IMG/VR virus record: IMGVR_UViG_3300028392_000077
Location: 1 to 56,864 of that record
Direction: 5' to 3' (one strand)
Origin: a virus
Lineage: Duplodnaviria > Caudoviricetes
DNA: 56,864 nt
Of this stretch, positions 21,901 to 32,513 are shown piece after piece; within the stretch, counting starts at the first letter, position 1, and every line of letters starts with the position of its first letter. A model generated the notes under the pieces. That model saw only the letters and a list, made by a program, of their open reading frames with translations, ran no database searches and was not told the origin of the DNA. The position numbers were made by a program, and so were the translations under genes.

Positions 21901-24900
21901 GTAGTTACAGTTTTTGATGATGCAAATATAGTACTTAATTGTGTGGTTCCTGCGTCCACTAAACCGTTTGATGCGGTTAGAGTTATACTTGTATTCGAAG
22001 GTAAACCGTATACAGGAGTTGTTGCAGAGGTGTGTGATGTGTTGACATCCACTCTATCCGCAGAAGTAATAATAAAAGGTATAGGATTAACTGCTAATTG
22101 TACTCCAGCTGTGTTTGCACCCGCCTCTGTGTTTATAGATACTTGTGAAGCTGGTTTTGGTGTAGATATCGGCGGCCGAGTTGAAACCACAGTTGATTGT
22201 AGTGATTCCAGTGTTCCTTGGGCGTAGAATACTGCTTTGGCATATGAATTTCCGTAAATCGGACTGAGTATGCTATCTGAGAATTCTATGATAATTTGTC
22301 CTGTTGGAAACTTGGCAAGATCACTGGAAGGTAGAGTGATCGTGCCTGATGCATGACCATTTCTATCAGTTCTCAACATACCACCACTAACTCCATTTGC
22401 TTGTGTGTTTGCACGAAGTACTGCTGGAGTTGTATTACTGGATGCAATATAAATTGAAGGTGTCGCAATATAATTGTACCCCGGATTGGTTACATTGACT
22501 GCTGTAACCACACCATTAACAACGTCTGCGGTTGCAATTGCTGATGCTGAACTTGTTCCTGCAATCTGAACAATGGATTGACCAATACCGTTCGGATATC
22601 CAGAACCACCATTAATAACATCAATCGCATACAATCCATCAACAGAACTGGAGTCTGCACTAACAGTGAAGTCCATTGTGGTTCTATTGATGTATGTGTG
22701 CAAGACAGTGTATGGAGGCATGCCATATACATCAAACTTAATGGGAATTGATCTTGCGTAAGGAATAATGGCAGTGTTGAGTATCTGCGTTGAAGAAGAT
22801 ACTGTGATATTTCCACTAGTTAATGCGCCAGTTAATCCTTTTGATGTTAATGCGTCCTTAATTGCAACCGTGTCTCTTGTAATTTGTGTCAACTGACTTG
22901 ATGTTACAACATTTTGTCCGGACCAGTTAAACTGCCAATCATTCCATTGTGTGCCGAAACCGTTTCCACTTGTTGCTGAAATCCATGCGGCTTGATCTTC
23001 GTTGACAACATTAATTATTGGTTGATTATCTACATCGTACCAGGTATCACTAGAAGGAGATAATGTTACTGTTCCACTCCAATAACTGACGTTGAATGGA
23101 TTTACGTTGACAATTTCTGTCGCAACATTCTGATTAACAATTATATGTTCGTCGTATGAGAATGTAATTATATTATTCTTCACGGACAAATAATTATTTG
23201 TCTTACCAGTAGCCGCTCCCGTGTTTGGAGAAGTAACATAAGTTCCTTGTGTTAAACTATTGTTCAACTTTTCGGTAACAGAAGTAAATGCCGGTCTGGC
23301 TAATTGTGCAGTGGAATCTATTGATACTGCATAATCAGGATTACCAACATCACCCACACTATGACCTTTGAAACTATCAACCAAGAAACCATTCTTAAAT
23401 AATAATTGTGTTCCCGTAGAATCTGTAACGTCACTACCCCTTACTTCTTTTTCTAAAAGAGATAATGCAGTATAATATTCAATGTTTGTGATTCTCTTAT
23501 CCAATACTCCAATATCTCTCATGGTATATCTTCTGAGATTGGTTGGAGTTATTGTTATGTCATTCTTTGAATATGTGTATGCAGGAAGATTCAACGTGAA
23601 TAATGTTAGAGCGTCTGCATCATCAACAGGCTCTATTGGATTGGAATATGAAGGTTTACCCATTTTGGTTTTAAATTGACCATTAGCCTTCAAAACAATC
23701 TTGTCAATTCTACTCAAATAATATGAGTAGTTGGCGAAAGGGGTATCTAAAGGAGCGGGTAACTGGAATGAATCAAAAGTAGTTACATTAAGTCCATCAG
23801 ATCTTCTTGGTCTAAAATCCAAAACATCTCTGAGACTATATGTTACACCTGTTGACTTGGATGTAAACGATGGAATGTTTGCATAACTAATTCCAGCATA
23901 TGAGTTTACTGTTATTGGTCCTTTACCACCAGAATGTGTAAAGTAATCAACAATGACTACCACTTGACCTTTTGGACTACCCGATATATTTGTTACTGTT
24001 GCATGATCATAATAAGCATCTTTTTGTCCGTTATCGACAACATAGTTCGACAACATATTCGGAAGTTTTTTCCAGTATGCAGGAGATATATCCGGTTGTA
24101 AATTTTGATTTGAGAATGATAATGAAGTATATACGGAATCACCATATGCAATTCTTTCATCATAATTATAACTTGTCGCTGAATTCCATGTACCAGAGTA
24201 TGTGAAAGTTCCTATTTCAAACACGCCTTTAAACTTGTATACGTCTGATACGCCAATGTCGATAGCGGTTGCCATCGGATTTGCAGAAATTGATTGTGCA
24301 TGATTCGACACAAGAGTTTTATTCTTGATGGAGTCTCCAGTAATACTAATGGTAGCAAAAATGTCAGCAGTACCATTGTAACTTCCGCCCACATTAAATT
24401 GTGCTTGACCTGTTGTAATATTTGAATTTGTAACGGTTACAGCCACATTTGCAGTATCATCTAATGGAATAAGTTGACCCGCAGTGTAATTTCCATCGGT
24501 TGATTTTGCAACTAAAATATAGTATTGTCTGGCATTTGCACCAGAAATAACACCAGAACCACCCATGAAATCTTCATTCGCAGTGGTTGTATTGATTGTT
24601 GTGATACCATTATTGAATGTGACACTACCAAATCTTCTGGTTGTTATATAATTAATGTTTGATACTGAACTGATATTCTTCTGTGGAAATGGGAATATCA
24701 AAGAACTGTAATTGTTATCAACAATACCAGGTTCATCAACTTGTGCTGAAAATCCTGATGATGTAATTAAAGAAACATCAGAAAAGGTGTTGCTTCTGGA
24801 TGGAATATTAACATCAAACAGATATGCATTATACTTTGCAGATTTCAGCGATCCCGAATTGTATGAGAAATTTCTTACCTTTGCTGTACCAATTACACTC

Positions 24901-26279
24901 GATGATGCATCATACAGACTTACTGTAGTTCCAGATTGAAAATTAACAATTCCTGAAGATACGTTAGCAAGTTTGACATAATTACCATAATAGGATTCGA
25001 TGCTGATATTGGTTTGAGATTCAGTATCTCTCGCCTTTGCAATATAGTATTTTGTGGGTGCAATATGTTCTACTGCTGAACCATTCAAATAAACTTTGCC
25101 CGCACTGATCGAGGAAGTTGCATTCGCTGCAGCAGGATCACCTTCAGTGATAACCAAAGAGAATGGATTAACAACGAAGTTGCCTGCTTGATCGAATACA
25201 GATCTAGCGATAGATTTGGATATTTCAGTGAATAATGGTTTATTATTGATATCTTCCGTGACACCTTTATTAATGCGTATCAGTTCAATAAACTTAACTG
25301 TTGTCAGATTGGCAACGACCTGATCACTCAAGTAGGGTTTTGAAGTTAATGTCAATGAAACTTTATATCTATCAGCACCTGGTGCCTGATAGTTTGATGC
25401 TCCGATTGCAGGATCAAGTAGTGACGAATCTGCAAAAGAATCGACGTAAGTTTCATCCACTTCAAAACCAACAACTACTGATGGGGATGCGTTAAGTGGA
25501 TTGGGAACAATAAAAGATGATGCATTATATACGAAAAGACCATTTGTGAACCAAACACCCTCATCGATACCAACCTCTAACGCTTTAACCGAGCATTTGT
25601 TGGTTATAACAGCGGATATACTGGACAAATCACTTGTTAATGCTGTATCGAGAGTAACTTGATTGATGCCGTCAATAGAGGTTACAGTTGCATACAGATT
25701 AATTGATGCAATTGCAATAGTATCACCCACAGAAATATTTGCTGTATTAATATACAGAATATTACTCAGATACGTACCGGATGACGTTCTAGTTATTTGT
25801 TGTTCTGTTACAACAGTCGCACTATAAGAATATGAAACTGAACCATTTAGTGATGCAATTGCCTGATTCTTGGAGTTATAGAAATAAATTGTTTCTCCTG
25901 TCGAAAACAGAGTATTATTTTGTACGTTTACAGCTTTCGTTATGATGTAGAAATTTGTTATATCAACATCCACAACTTGAGCAATAAGTTTGGAATTTTG
26001 TCCTACGGCAAACAGACCGGTGAATGACTGAATATTTTCATTACTGAGTAACTTACAAGTTGTAATATTTGAATCTACAAATATATTACCGCCAGACACT
26101 TTAGAACCATCAGCATAAATGCCTGCACCAAATTTTGAAATTTGATCCTGTAGGATTGTTTGTGCTTGAGTTAGTTCTCTAGCCTGAACCGCATATCCAG
26201 GTTTAAATAGAATTCTGTGATAGTTTTTGGTGGGATCGAAATCATCATACCACGGTTCTTTATTAAACTTAATCGTCAT
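18945..26279 (-). CDS. Large virion structural protein, DUF4815 family
   Basis: PWYDDFD..KNYHRILFKPGYAVQARELTQ.QTILQ.QI, APGADRYK, RRYTMRDIG.L..RI..IEYYT.LSLLE and DPLSQNF motifs. Confidence 0.88.
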   Translation of the reverse strand: MTIKFNKEPWYDDFDPTKNYHRILFKPGYAVQARELTQAQTILQDQISKFGAGIYADGSKVSGGNIFVDSNITTCKLLSNENIQSFTGLFAVGQNSKLIAQVVDVDITNFYIITKAVNVQNNTLFSTGETIYFYNSKNQAIASLNGSVSYSYSATVVTEQQITRTSSGTYLSNILYINTANISVGDTIAIASINLYATVTSIDGINQVTLDTALTSDLSSISAVITNKCSVKALEVGIDEGVWFTNGLFVYNASSFIVPNPLNASPSVVVGFEVDETYVDSFADSSLLDPAIGASNYQAPGADRYKVSLTLTSKPYLSDQVVANLTTVKFIELIRINKGVTEDINNKPLFTEISKSIARSVFDQAGNFVVNPFSLVITEGDPAAANATSSISAGKVYLNGSAVEHIAPTKYYIAKARDTESQTNISIESYYGNYVKLANVSSGIVNFQSGTTVSLYDASSSVIGTAKVRNFSYNSGSLKSAKYNAYLFDVNIPSRSNTFSDVSLITSSGFSAQVDEPGIVDNNYSSLIFPFPQKNISSVSNINYITTRRFGSVTFNNGITTINTTTANEDFMGGSGVISGANARQYYILVAKSTDGNYTAGQLIPLDDTANVAVTVTNSNITTGQAQFNVGGSYNGTADIFATISITGDSIKNKTLVSNHAQSISANPMATAIDIGVSDVYKFKGVFEIGTFTYSGTWNSATSYNYDERIAYGDSVYTSLSFSNQNLQPDISPAYWKKLPNMLSNYVVDNGQKDAYYDHATVTNISGSPKGQVVVIVDYFTHSGGKGPITVNSYAGISYANIPSFTSKSTGVTYSLRDVLDFRPRRSDGLNVTTFDSFQLPAPLDTPFANYSYYLSRIDKIVLKANGQFKTKMGKPSYSNPIEPVDDADALTLFTLNLPAYTYSKNDITITPTNLRRYTMRDIGVLDKRITNIEYYTALSLLEKEVRGSDVTDSTGTQLLFKNGFLVDSFKGHSVGDVGNPDYAVSIDSTAQLARPAFTSVTEKLNNSLTQGTYVTSPNTGAATGKTNNYLSVKNNIITFSYDEHIIVNQNVATEIVNVNPFNVSYWSGTVTLSPSSDTWYDVDNQPIINVVNEDQAAWISATSGNGFGTQWNDWQFNWSGQNVVTSSQLTQITRDTVAIKDALTSKGLTGALTSGNITVSSSTQILNTAIIPYARSIPIKFDVYGMPPYTVLHTYINRTTMDFTVSADSSSVDGLYAIDVINGGSGYPNGIGQSIVQIAGTSSASAIATADVVNGVVTAVNVTNPGYNYIATPSIYIASSNTTPAVLRANTQANGVSGGMLRTDRNGHASGTITLPSSDLAKFPTGQIIIEFSDSILSPIYGNSYAKAVFYAQGTLESLQSTVVSTRPPISTPKPASQVSINTEAGANTAGVQLAVNPIPFIITSADRVDVNTSHTSATTPVYGLPSNTSITLTASNGLVDAGTTQLSTIFASSKTVTTSNTGSIVLAAKGFSSTRYDTPTDVIISLGNIPVHYVITTKIADTTPDQFSFTPVNGVALGSTQTSSSVTVTGLSPNAPVLVSVSGGAFKAGTSSISDSDPWVTGGAVSVTTSGTGTLIVAARGTASTSYSTPVSVQVSVGSVTGTYVITTLAYVAPPSPVPTPVPTPVPTPVPTPTPTPSPVPTPVPTPVPTPVPTPVPTPVPTPSPPSFSSFISQSSVEFNTDYSSNQATGSNWGSGATVTLSVSGGSFRAATSSISDSAPWMTNGSVTADGGGSFLIQLRNHSSPSSGQSTDTTVTGYSSAGSASGTFTVLTKTQAPQNIQFDIPQGPDNVGLILNGVTSGVITVTGAIPNQPISVTASGGGTILANSDFNFWPPGGGGASPGVFSTSQTVTADSSGRLFFQVKSAQIGSYSQTFTTTVTIGGVSRNWVVSSMAEPMQNLGIWSNDAVTTRAQTLSKSDGIAMVRKMMNAAGGAYQALSSICGNSVFTGTAYNLAKSIQNPPTLTQFAGIMVGMETVYGQYLLGKLSESAAINTVETYYRSAANQAYVEGKVGQAAYLGALQDPLSQNFFITEGQFPNGAFISSVDIFFAKKDPLVPVTVRIRPVVNGYPDAVNDIPGSIVTKNPDSINTPNPNNVYDSIYLPTNFQFDHPIYLPAGQYSIMISTNSDQYAVYASKMGEVQYGTRKTITSVSYAGALFKSQNSQTWIPAGGETLCFRAYVCDFAGGYASVQFTSNTSNILKTYDLINLNNSDLTFNALDSIEYSIQTKDYATTLMSDFIPITTKQNHILPSRQKQLDSGDIVVRTTLTNTDRWTSPVIDLERLYPVLVNNVVNAHTADKIYSESQSGFRNGGALSKYITKRVTLANNFDSTGLTVYLDVNRQPGTSIEVYCKVLNANDGNNFDDQPYHLMNPIFTPGGGLPSTGPNDWITDTYQALNIVYNDIKTSTVSYNNFKVFSIKICFYSDNSTVVPQVKNLRAIATA
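21286..21423. repeat. Perfect 12-bp tandem repeat GGTGTAGGTACT (6 + 3 copies) encoding a (PTPV)n linker
   Basis: Six exact copies at 21286-21357 and three at 21388-21423. Confidence 0.95.
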
Positions 26280-26292
26280 TTTTTTACCTTAA

Positions 26293-27690
26293 TTAGTATC
26301 CTAGTACAAATTTAAACTGTTCCACCCCATCCACACTCCTATCGATACCACTCATATTCTGAACATATGTCACATAACCTGTATATGGAACAATATTCGG
26401 TTTTGATTGTGATAGTAGTGTTCTCGTAGTTCCTGATCTATTACTGTAAAGAGAGGCACTCGTTAATGGATTTCCGTAAGTATTTATGACGTATACCACG
26501 TTGGTATCCGGATGAAAATGTACCACTGTTCCAACAAATGTGGGAGCGGTAATATCGCCCTGATAAACAAGTTCATTTGCCTCATATTCTCCATATCCAG
26601 GAGAAACTTGTAAATCGGTAGTTAATTGATATATTTGTCCATTAGCAGGATTTGGTGCGGATGAATACTCGCTGGGATTCACTAACAAACCAACCTGATA
26701 ATATGTGATATTACTATTCATCATTCCAGGAATAACACCGTTTTCAGTACCATCAAAACTACATACGAGCATATCATGTATAGCGCCCAATTCTGAAGTT
26801 GGATCTGATCCATGGCCACCAATCGGAGATACTGGTGCAATGACTGTTGCACCCGATCCTATCATTGAATTTGCTGTAGTGATAGTTACATTCGCATATG
26901 TATAATTCTTTCCTGGATTTGTCACAACAATATCTTTGATAACACCATTTGCAGTATCAAACACAGCTGTTCCTGTCGCACCGGTACCGTCACCCGTGAT
27001 CGTAACAAATACCTGTGAGTTTGCAGGTTTATAACCAGATCCACCATTCGTTACATTAATAACATCAATATTACCAGAACCAACAATTTGTTCTGGTAAT
27101 TCTGCACCAATCGCAAAAACGCCAGATGGTAAAGGTATCCATGTACTGTCCATAAACTTGTTTTTTAAACCAAGATCGACAGTATACATATATTTCCATT
27201 TATAACCATCTGTACTCTGATAAACATTATTTGTTCCATAAGTACCTGGTTGAAAAATGGGTTCATTTAGTGATGGTGCACCATTATTATTCCATAGACA
27301 CTTAAAAACTTGATCATAACTGTTCTTAACATAAAACTTATACAGGGGATTATCGTTTGCATCAATATCCAACATGTTGACATCATCTCTATAATAATCA
27401 TAGACAGTGTTGGATATCCAATCAAATCTTTTAATTACTGGAGTAACACTATCGGCACCCATTTTTTTTATCACAAACATATTTTTAAATGTGTTCTTGA
27501 TTGATTGTTGATCCTGTAACGGAACTGGAGGATTGGCATCATCTTCCCACGGATCAACTCTACTCAAGAAACAATATGTCGAAGATAAATTTATGTTGGG
27601 ATTTAAAGGATAGGTTAACACCGGATAATAATACATTAATTCCGATTGAATAACCTTAAAATATTCCGTTAATAGATTCTTTTTTGCCAT
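26293..27690 (-). CDS. gp8: Baseplate wedge subunit gp8
   Basis: W.DD.NPP.P, FYVKNSYDQVFKCLWN, DGYKWKYMYT and GGHGSDP..ELG motifs; synteny. Confidence 0.88.
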   Translation of the reverse strand: MAKKNLLTEYFKVIQSELMYYYPVLTYPLNPNINLSSTYCFLSRVDPWEDDANPPVPLQDQQSIKNTFKNMFVIKKMGADSVTPVIKRFDWISNTVYDYYRDDVNMLDIDANDNPLYKFYVKNSYDQVFKCLWNNNGAPSLNEPIFQPGTYGTNNVYQSTDGYKWKYMYTVDLGLKNKFMDSTWIPLPSGVFAIGAELPEQIVGSGNIDVINVTNGGSGYKPANSQVFVTITGDGTGATGTAVFDTANGVIKDIVVTNPGKNYTYANVTITTANSMIGSGATVIAPVSPIGGHGSDPTSELGAIHDMLVCSFDGTENGVIPGMMNSNITYYQVGLLVNPSEYSSAPNPANGQIYQLTTDLQVSPGYGEYEANELVYQGDITAPTFVGTVVHFHPDTNVVYVINTYGNPLTSASLYSNRSGTTRTLLSQSKPNIVPYTGYVTYVQNMSGIDRSVDGVEQFKFVLGY

Positions 27691-27701
27691 AGTTTTATTT
27701 A

Positions 27702-29540
27702 TTATGAATAATTGACAGATACAAAGGTATTTGCTAAATCACCATCGATACTGAAATATCTTAGGTATGCGGAATGTAATGATGTCAAAGTGAAAGATGC
27801 CGCACCAATAGTTGAATTGTTTGCATAACAACCGTGAGTGATTGTGTGATTTGACCCGCCGCCAGTATCAACATTTGTTAACCAAACTTCAACAACTTTA
27901 CCCACAGTATACCCATTTAAATTTATTGTCGTGGTTCCATTACAATTAAATTTGTATAATGAATTATTTGCAATATCAATATTTAATGTGTTAATTATAC
28001 CAGAAATAACATTTGGGTTATAGATGAATCCCTTTTGTGGATTAACAACACCATTAAATATTGCTGATGTTCCATTGAAGGATGCAATCTGTGTCTGAGT
28101 ATTAGTTCCTGCGGATGTGGTAAAGAATTGTATCTGTGTTGATCTTGCGGCATCAGTAAAGTTTTCTGTTGCAACAATATCAATTCTACCACTACCCAAT
28201 GTTGAGAATTTGGTAGAACCATACCCATTACCTGACATTCTCATCAGGATATCACCATTTAAGACTGCTTGTGGTGCAGTAGGAGTTCCTCTTGCAGTTC
28301 TACCTGCAACAACAGCATAGGTATTTGCACCATACGAGTCAAATACGATTCTGGATGATACGTTCTGTTTACCGGAAATGTGTAACATATAACCATCATT
28401 TGATGGTAATTGGACATCACCTATAGGACATGCTGCAATAGTTAGTGCTGCTTCTGTTGGAGAAAATACTGTATTTGCAAATATTACTAAACCATTAACA
28501 TTTAGTTTGTCATCAATATTCAATGTACCTGCAAAAGTATTGCCATTCGTATTTGCAAAGAACTTTCCATCAGCATATGCTTTTAATTGAGTATTGGCTG
28601 ATGTTACAATACCATCTGTATAAGATTTCAGTTGGGTATTGGCTGAACTTACTGATGAAGAAACTAATCCATCGGTATAAGATTTCAACTGATTATTAGC
28701 TGATGTTACAGAAGAACTAATAGCACCATCTGTATACGTTTTTAACTGGTTATTAGCAGAAGCAATTGATCCATCAGTATATGCCTTTAACTGAGTATTG
28801 GCTGATGTTACTATACCATCAGTATATGCTTTCAACTGAGTATTAGCTAATCCAATATTGGTATTGGTTTGGTTTAATGCACCAAACAAATAGATGGTAT
28901 TGGCGCTTGATGAATTTGCAATATTTCTGGTTGCAATGGAGTAATTATTTGATGCTGCTGCCGTACTTTGTGTTGTTCCATCATCAAATGTGAAATATCT
29001 ACCAGTATTTAATGTCAATCCAGTTTTTGTCACATAACCAACTATATTAGCACTGGTTGCACCTCCAGAAATCAGAACAGTTTTAGTATCGGAAGATGTT
29101 GTTCCTATTACCAAATTTCCATGACTTGTACTTGAAGAATCTCCACTAACATATAAGTATCCGTCGTTTGGATACATTGATGAATAGTTTGGATCTGAGA
29201 ATGTTGAACCATTAATTCCCAAATCAATATAGTTTGTTGTATCTGTACCATCATCAGATGTTACAATGTAATCACCAGAACCACTTGATGTGAAATTCTG
29301 TAGATTGACTTGCAAATATGATACATTATTACCACTAAACTGTCCTATTGCAGATGCAGCAATAACATGATTATTGCCAACATTTAGTGGATTATGGGAA
29401 TACAAACCTTGTGCTAAAGTTGTACCCGTAAACTTTCCAGTAGTACCAGAAGGAATATCAACAGCAACAAATAGTGTGTTGGCTGTGTTGGCATTTAACT
29501 GACGAATTTCCGATAGTTCTGATATTTTGATTGTACTCAT
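27702..29540 (-). CDS. Short fibre-like virion protein with ANTQLK repeats
   Basis: N-terminal KISEL motif, F.DGTTQSTAA motif, seven AN(T/N)QLKxYxDG repeats. Confidence 0.75.
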   Translation of the reverse strand: MSTIKISELSEIRQLNANTANTLFVAVDIPSGTTGKFTGTTLAQGLYSHNPLNVGNNHVIAASAIGQFSGNNVSYLQVNLQNFTSSGSGDYIVTSDDGTDTTNYIDLGINGSTFSDPNYSSMYPNDGYLYVSGDSSSTSHGNLVIGTTSSDTKTVLISGGATSANIVGYVTKTGLTLNTGRYFTFDDGTTQSTAAASNNYSIATRNIANSSSANTIYLFGALNQTNTNIGLANTQLKAYTDGIVTSANTQLKAYTDGSIASANNQLKTYTDGAISSSVTSANNQLKSYTDGLVSSSVSSANTQLKSYTDGIVTSANTQLKAYADGKFFANTNGNTFAGTLNIDDKLNVNGLVIFANTVFSPTEAALTIAACPIGDVQLPSNDGYMLHISGKQNVSSRIVFDSYGANTYAVVAGRTARGTPTAPQAVLNGDILMRMSGNGYGSTKFSTLGSGRIDIVATENFTDAARSTQIQFFTTSAGTNTQTQIASFNGTSAIFNGVVNPQKGFIYNPNVISGIINTLNIDIANNSLYKFNCNGTTTINLNGYTVGKVVEVWLTNVDTGGGSNHTITHGCYANNSTIGAASFTLTSLHSAYLRYFSIDGDLANTFVSVNYS

Positions 29541-29543
29541 TTT

Positions 29544-32513
29544 TTAATCTACTATTATTATTTTGCCATCTTCGGTTGAAATACTTAATTTGTTTTCTGT
29601 TGTTAATTCAGGAATATAATCTATACCTATTTTGCCATATAACATCACTTGTGTTTGGGCAATCATCTTTCTATTGACAGACATTTTTGTGTTTGCCGAG
29701 GTCTTTGGCAAATTCACGTTCAGATATATTTTGCCGTTTTCATAATCAACTGTTGTGACAGTATATATTGGCGTTTCTGTTTTGAATAATATACCATCTT
29801 CAGTTAATAATTGAAATGATCCATTTTCAATCCATAAATTACCACTAGGATATGGATATGATTCCATTTTTATAAAATCACCAGCATAAACAATATCTTT
29901 CAATGGATATTGAGTATTACTATATTCACCATTATTAATTATGTCATACGAATTCGTGATCTTATTAATATTTATTACGTTCGAACCAGCTGTAGTTGCA
30001 ACATATGCTACATTTGGATATGTTAACCATGTATTTGTCGCTAACGTTATTTGATTATTGACTGTATCTAAACCAATAATTTCAGATATAACATTAGGTC
30101 CGTTCGTTGGTGTTATTTCAATAATCGTATTCTGAATATTGGGTTGATCGACAAAAATAAATTGTGATAAGTCCGTACCCTCAGGTAAATTATTGAAACT
30201 GACAATGTTGTTTGATATATTGTCAAAATCCGTCACCATAGATATTGATGACTGATTATATCCAGTATAATTATGGAGTGACTTTCCTTGTAATGTGGAT
30301 TGAGTCATGTCCATTTTAAAATGATCATTACTCTTCATCACATACTCACCGATAACTTTCATACCGGAAGGATGTAATAAATTCATCAGTACAGATCTAT
30401 ATTTTGCAATTTCTTTTTCTACTTTCAGTCTGTATGTGAAATTGTTGTATATGTCACTTTGAAGTACACTATAAGAACTTGGTTGACCTGAACTATTTAA
30501 ATATTCCTGTCTAGATATAGTAAGTCCATTTAGGAACTTTGCTTTTGCCTTTGCTTTACCATTACCATATGTCTTTACTCCGGTTGAATCGTATTCTGGA
30601 CTTCCTGGATATAAGTTATTTTCGGCATATCCAGTGTTTGCCATACGCAACACAATATTTTTATTACTGATGCATAATGGTAAATTTGGATCTGGTTTAG
30701 TGTTATAATCAAAAACCCGTAGATAATAAACCGATTTTGACTGATCGAAATCAGGAATAGCTAAAGTTATAGAACTGACGTTTGCTTTATAAGATGAAGA
30801 TTCTAAACTATTACCTTGAAATACAATGTCACCTTCAATAGGTAAAGTGCCGGTGGATGTGTCTGAACCGCCATGAAATATTCCGCTTCCCACACTGGGA
30901 GGAAGATCGTATCCTGTGTTTGATACTAATATATCTTGAACTTTGAGTGAAATCCATGGTTCAGAGATGTAGTCCTGTCCGGGATCAGTTATCGTTATTG
31001 CTCCGATTGATCCTACTAAGTTTACAGTCGCAGATAATTGTGCGCCATCTCCTAGAATGCCAGAAATCTGAAGTGAAGCATTAGATGCTTGATTATTGGC
31101 CGAATTTACAATTAAAGATGGTACACTTTCCCTGGTGTAACCCATCCCGCCCAATTTATAACCCTCGGATGGAATATAAGATGCTGAAGTTATTGCACCA
31201 TTGGTGGCCACATTTGTGACTTTTGCATTTGCGCCGGCACCTCTACCACCAACAAATTGAATAATATCATTTATTTGATATCCTGTTCCACCATTTAATA
31301 CTTTAATCGGTCCAAGAATTCCTATATTATATAAGTTTTCCTGGACATCATTATCTCCAAGATAACATGCTGTCGCTGTAATTGGTGGAACAACATATAA
31401 ACTTGATCCTCCATCTAAAAGAAGAATTGATGATATTGGATGAGTTTCTATTTGTGTGAATGTTAATGCATCAATTAACTTTGTAGATGCATTTGCATTT
31501 GCGATATTTGCAAAATGAAAGTTACTCGCTCCTAATTTAATTCCTTGTTTGAATACAATAGTATCCGTAGCAACATCTATAATTGAAGTATTCGTCGGAT
31601 CAGGATCAATGGAAGCAAGTACTGCTTGAGCTCCGTTTCCATTAATAATATTAATTTTTGTGTTGGGATATGTATAACCTGCGCCACCATTATCAACATT
31701 AATATTTTGGATCGATCCTGTTGTTGTTGATCCAATTACAGCTGAAGCACCTTGAGCATTTTTAATGTTGGTATTCAAACCACCATAAATGACAACAGGA
31801 TCACCTACACGATACAATAAACCTCTGTTGTTGGGATCTATTGTTATTTCACTAATCTGGCCAACAAGAACAGCTGAGAGTATTTTTCCATCAACTTCGA
31901 CAGGATTATTATTAATATCAACAACAGTAACTGTTTCTCCGGACTGAAATAGTCTCTCGATGTCAGATATAAAAGCTTCAGTTTTATCTCCCGATCTGAC
32001 AGAGTTTTCAACAACAGCAAAAGATTTCGATATCTCGCCAAATAACTTATAATTATTGATATTTAAAAAATTAGGATCAGTCGTTTGTAAACGAACACTC
32101 TTTACAGAAAACCATGTTCCTGCTGAGGCACGAAAAACAAAATCTTTATTATACTCAACGTCAAAATCAGAATCGTAAAGTATCTTGAATAGAAATTTAA
32201 AGGCAGAAGGAACCCCTTTAGATTGATATAATTCTTTAGCAAGTTTTAGTGTCTTGCTTTTATTTATCAATGTATCTTGAGGAAAATATTGCAAGAAATC
32301 ATTCGAGAAATATTCCATGAACTGACTTGTTGTTGAGTCAATATCCATATAAGATGGAATATTTTTAGAAAAATCAAGAACATTTCCTGATTTTTCCATC
32401 CATTGATAATATGCCTGCAAGAATTCGACAAAGGCATCGTAATTGGGATCATCCCTAATCCATTCGGGTATCTGAGATCGAACTAGGGTGGAAGTTTTTA
32501 CTATATTACTCAT
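29544..32513 (-). CDS. gp7: Baseplate wedge initiator, gp7-like
   Basis: SQIPEWIR...FVEFLQAYYQWME, ELYQSKG...FKFLFKILY and LLHPSGMK motifs; directly downstream of gp6. Confidence 0.75.
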   Translation of the reverse strand: MSNIVKTSTLVRSQIPEWIRDDPNYDAFVEFLQAYYQWMEKSGNVLDFSKNIPSYMDIDSTTSQFMEYFSNDFLQYFPQDTLINKSKTLKLAKELYQSKGVPSAFKFLFKILYDSDFDVEYNKDFVFRASAGTWFSVKSVRLQTTDPNFLNINNYKLFGEISKSFAVVENSVRSGDKTEAFISDIERLFQSGETVTVVDINNNPVEVDGKILSAVLVGQISEITIDPNNRGLLYRVGDPVVIYGGLNTNIKNAQGASAVIGSTTTGSIQNINVDNGGAGYTYPNTKINIINGNGAQAVLASIDPDPTNTSIIDVATDTIVFKQGIKLGASNFHFANIANANASTKLIDALTFTQIETHPISSILLLDGGSSLYVVPPITATACYLGDNDVQENLYNIGILGPIKVLNGGTGYQINDIIQFVGGRGAGANAKVTNVATNGAITSASYIPSEGYKLGGMGYTRESVPSLIVNSANNQASNASLQISGILGDGAQLSATVNLVGSIGAITITDPGQDYISEPWISLKVQDILVSNTGYDLPPSVGSGIFHGGSDTSTGTLPIEGDIVFQGNSLESSSYKANVSSITLAIPDFDQSKSVYYLRVFDYNTKPDPNLPLCISNKNIVLRMANTGYAENNLYPGSPEYDSTGVKTYGNGKAKAKAKFLNGLTISRQEYLNSSGQPSSYSVLQSDIYNNFTYRLKVEKEIAKYRSVLMNLLHPSGMKVIGEYVMKSNDHFKMDMTQSTLQGKSLHNYTGYNQSSISMVTDFDNISNNIVSFNNLPEGTDLSQFIFVDQPNIQNTIIEITPTNGPNVISEIIGLDTVNNQITLATNTWLTYPNVAYVATTAGSNVININKITNSYDIINNGEYSNTQYPLKDIVYAGDFIKMESYPYPSGNLWIENGSFQLLTEDGILFKTETPIYTVTTVDYENGKIYLNVNLPKTSANTKMSVNRKMIAQTQVMLYGKIGIDYIPELTTENKLSISTEDGKIIIVD

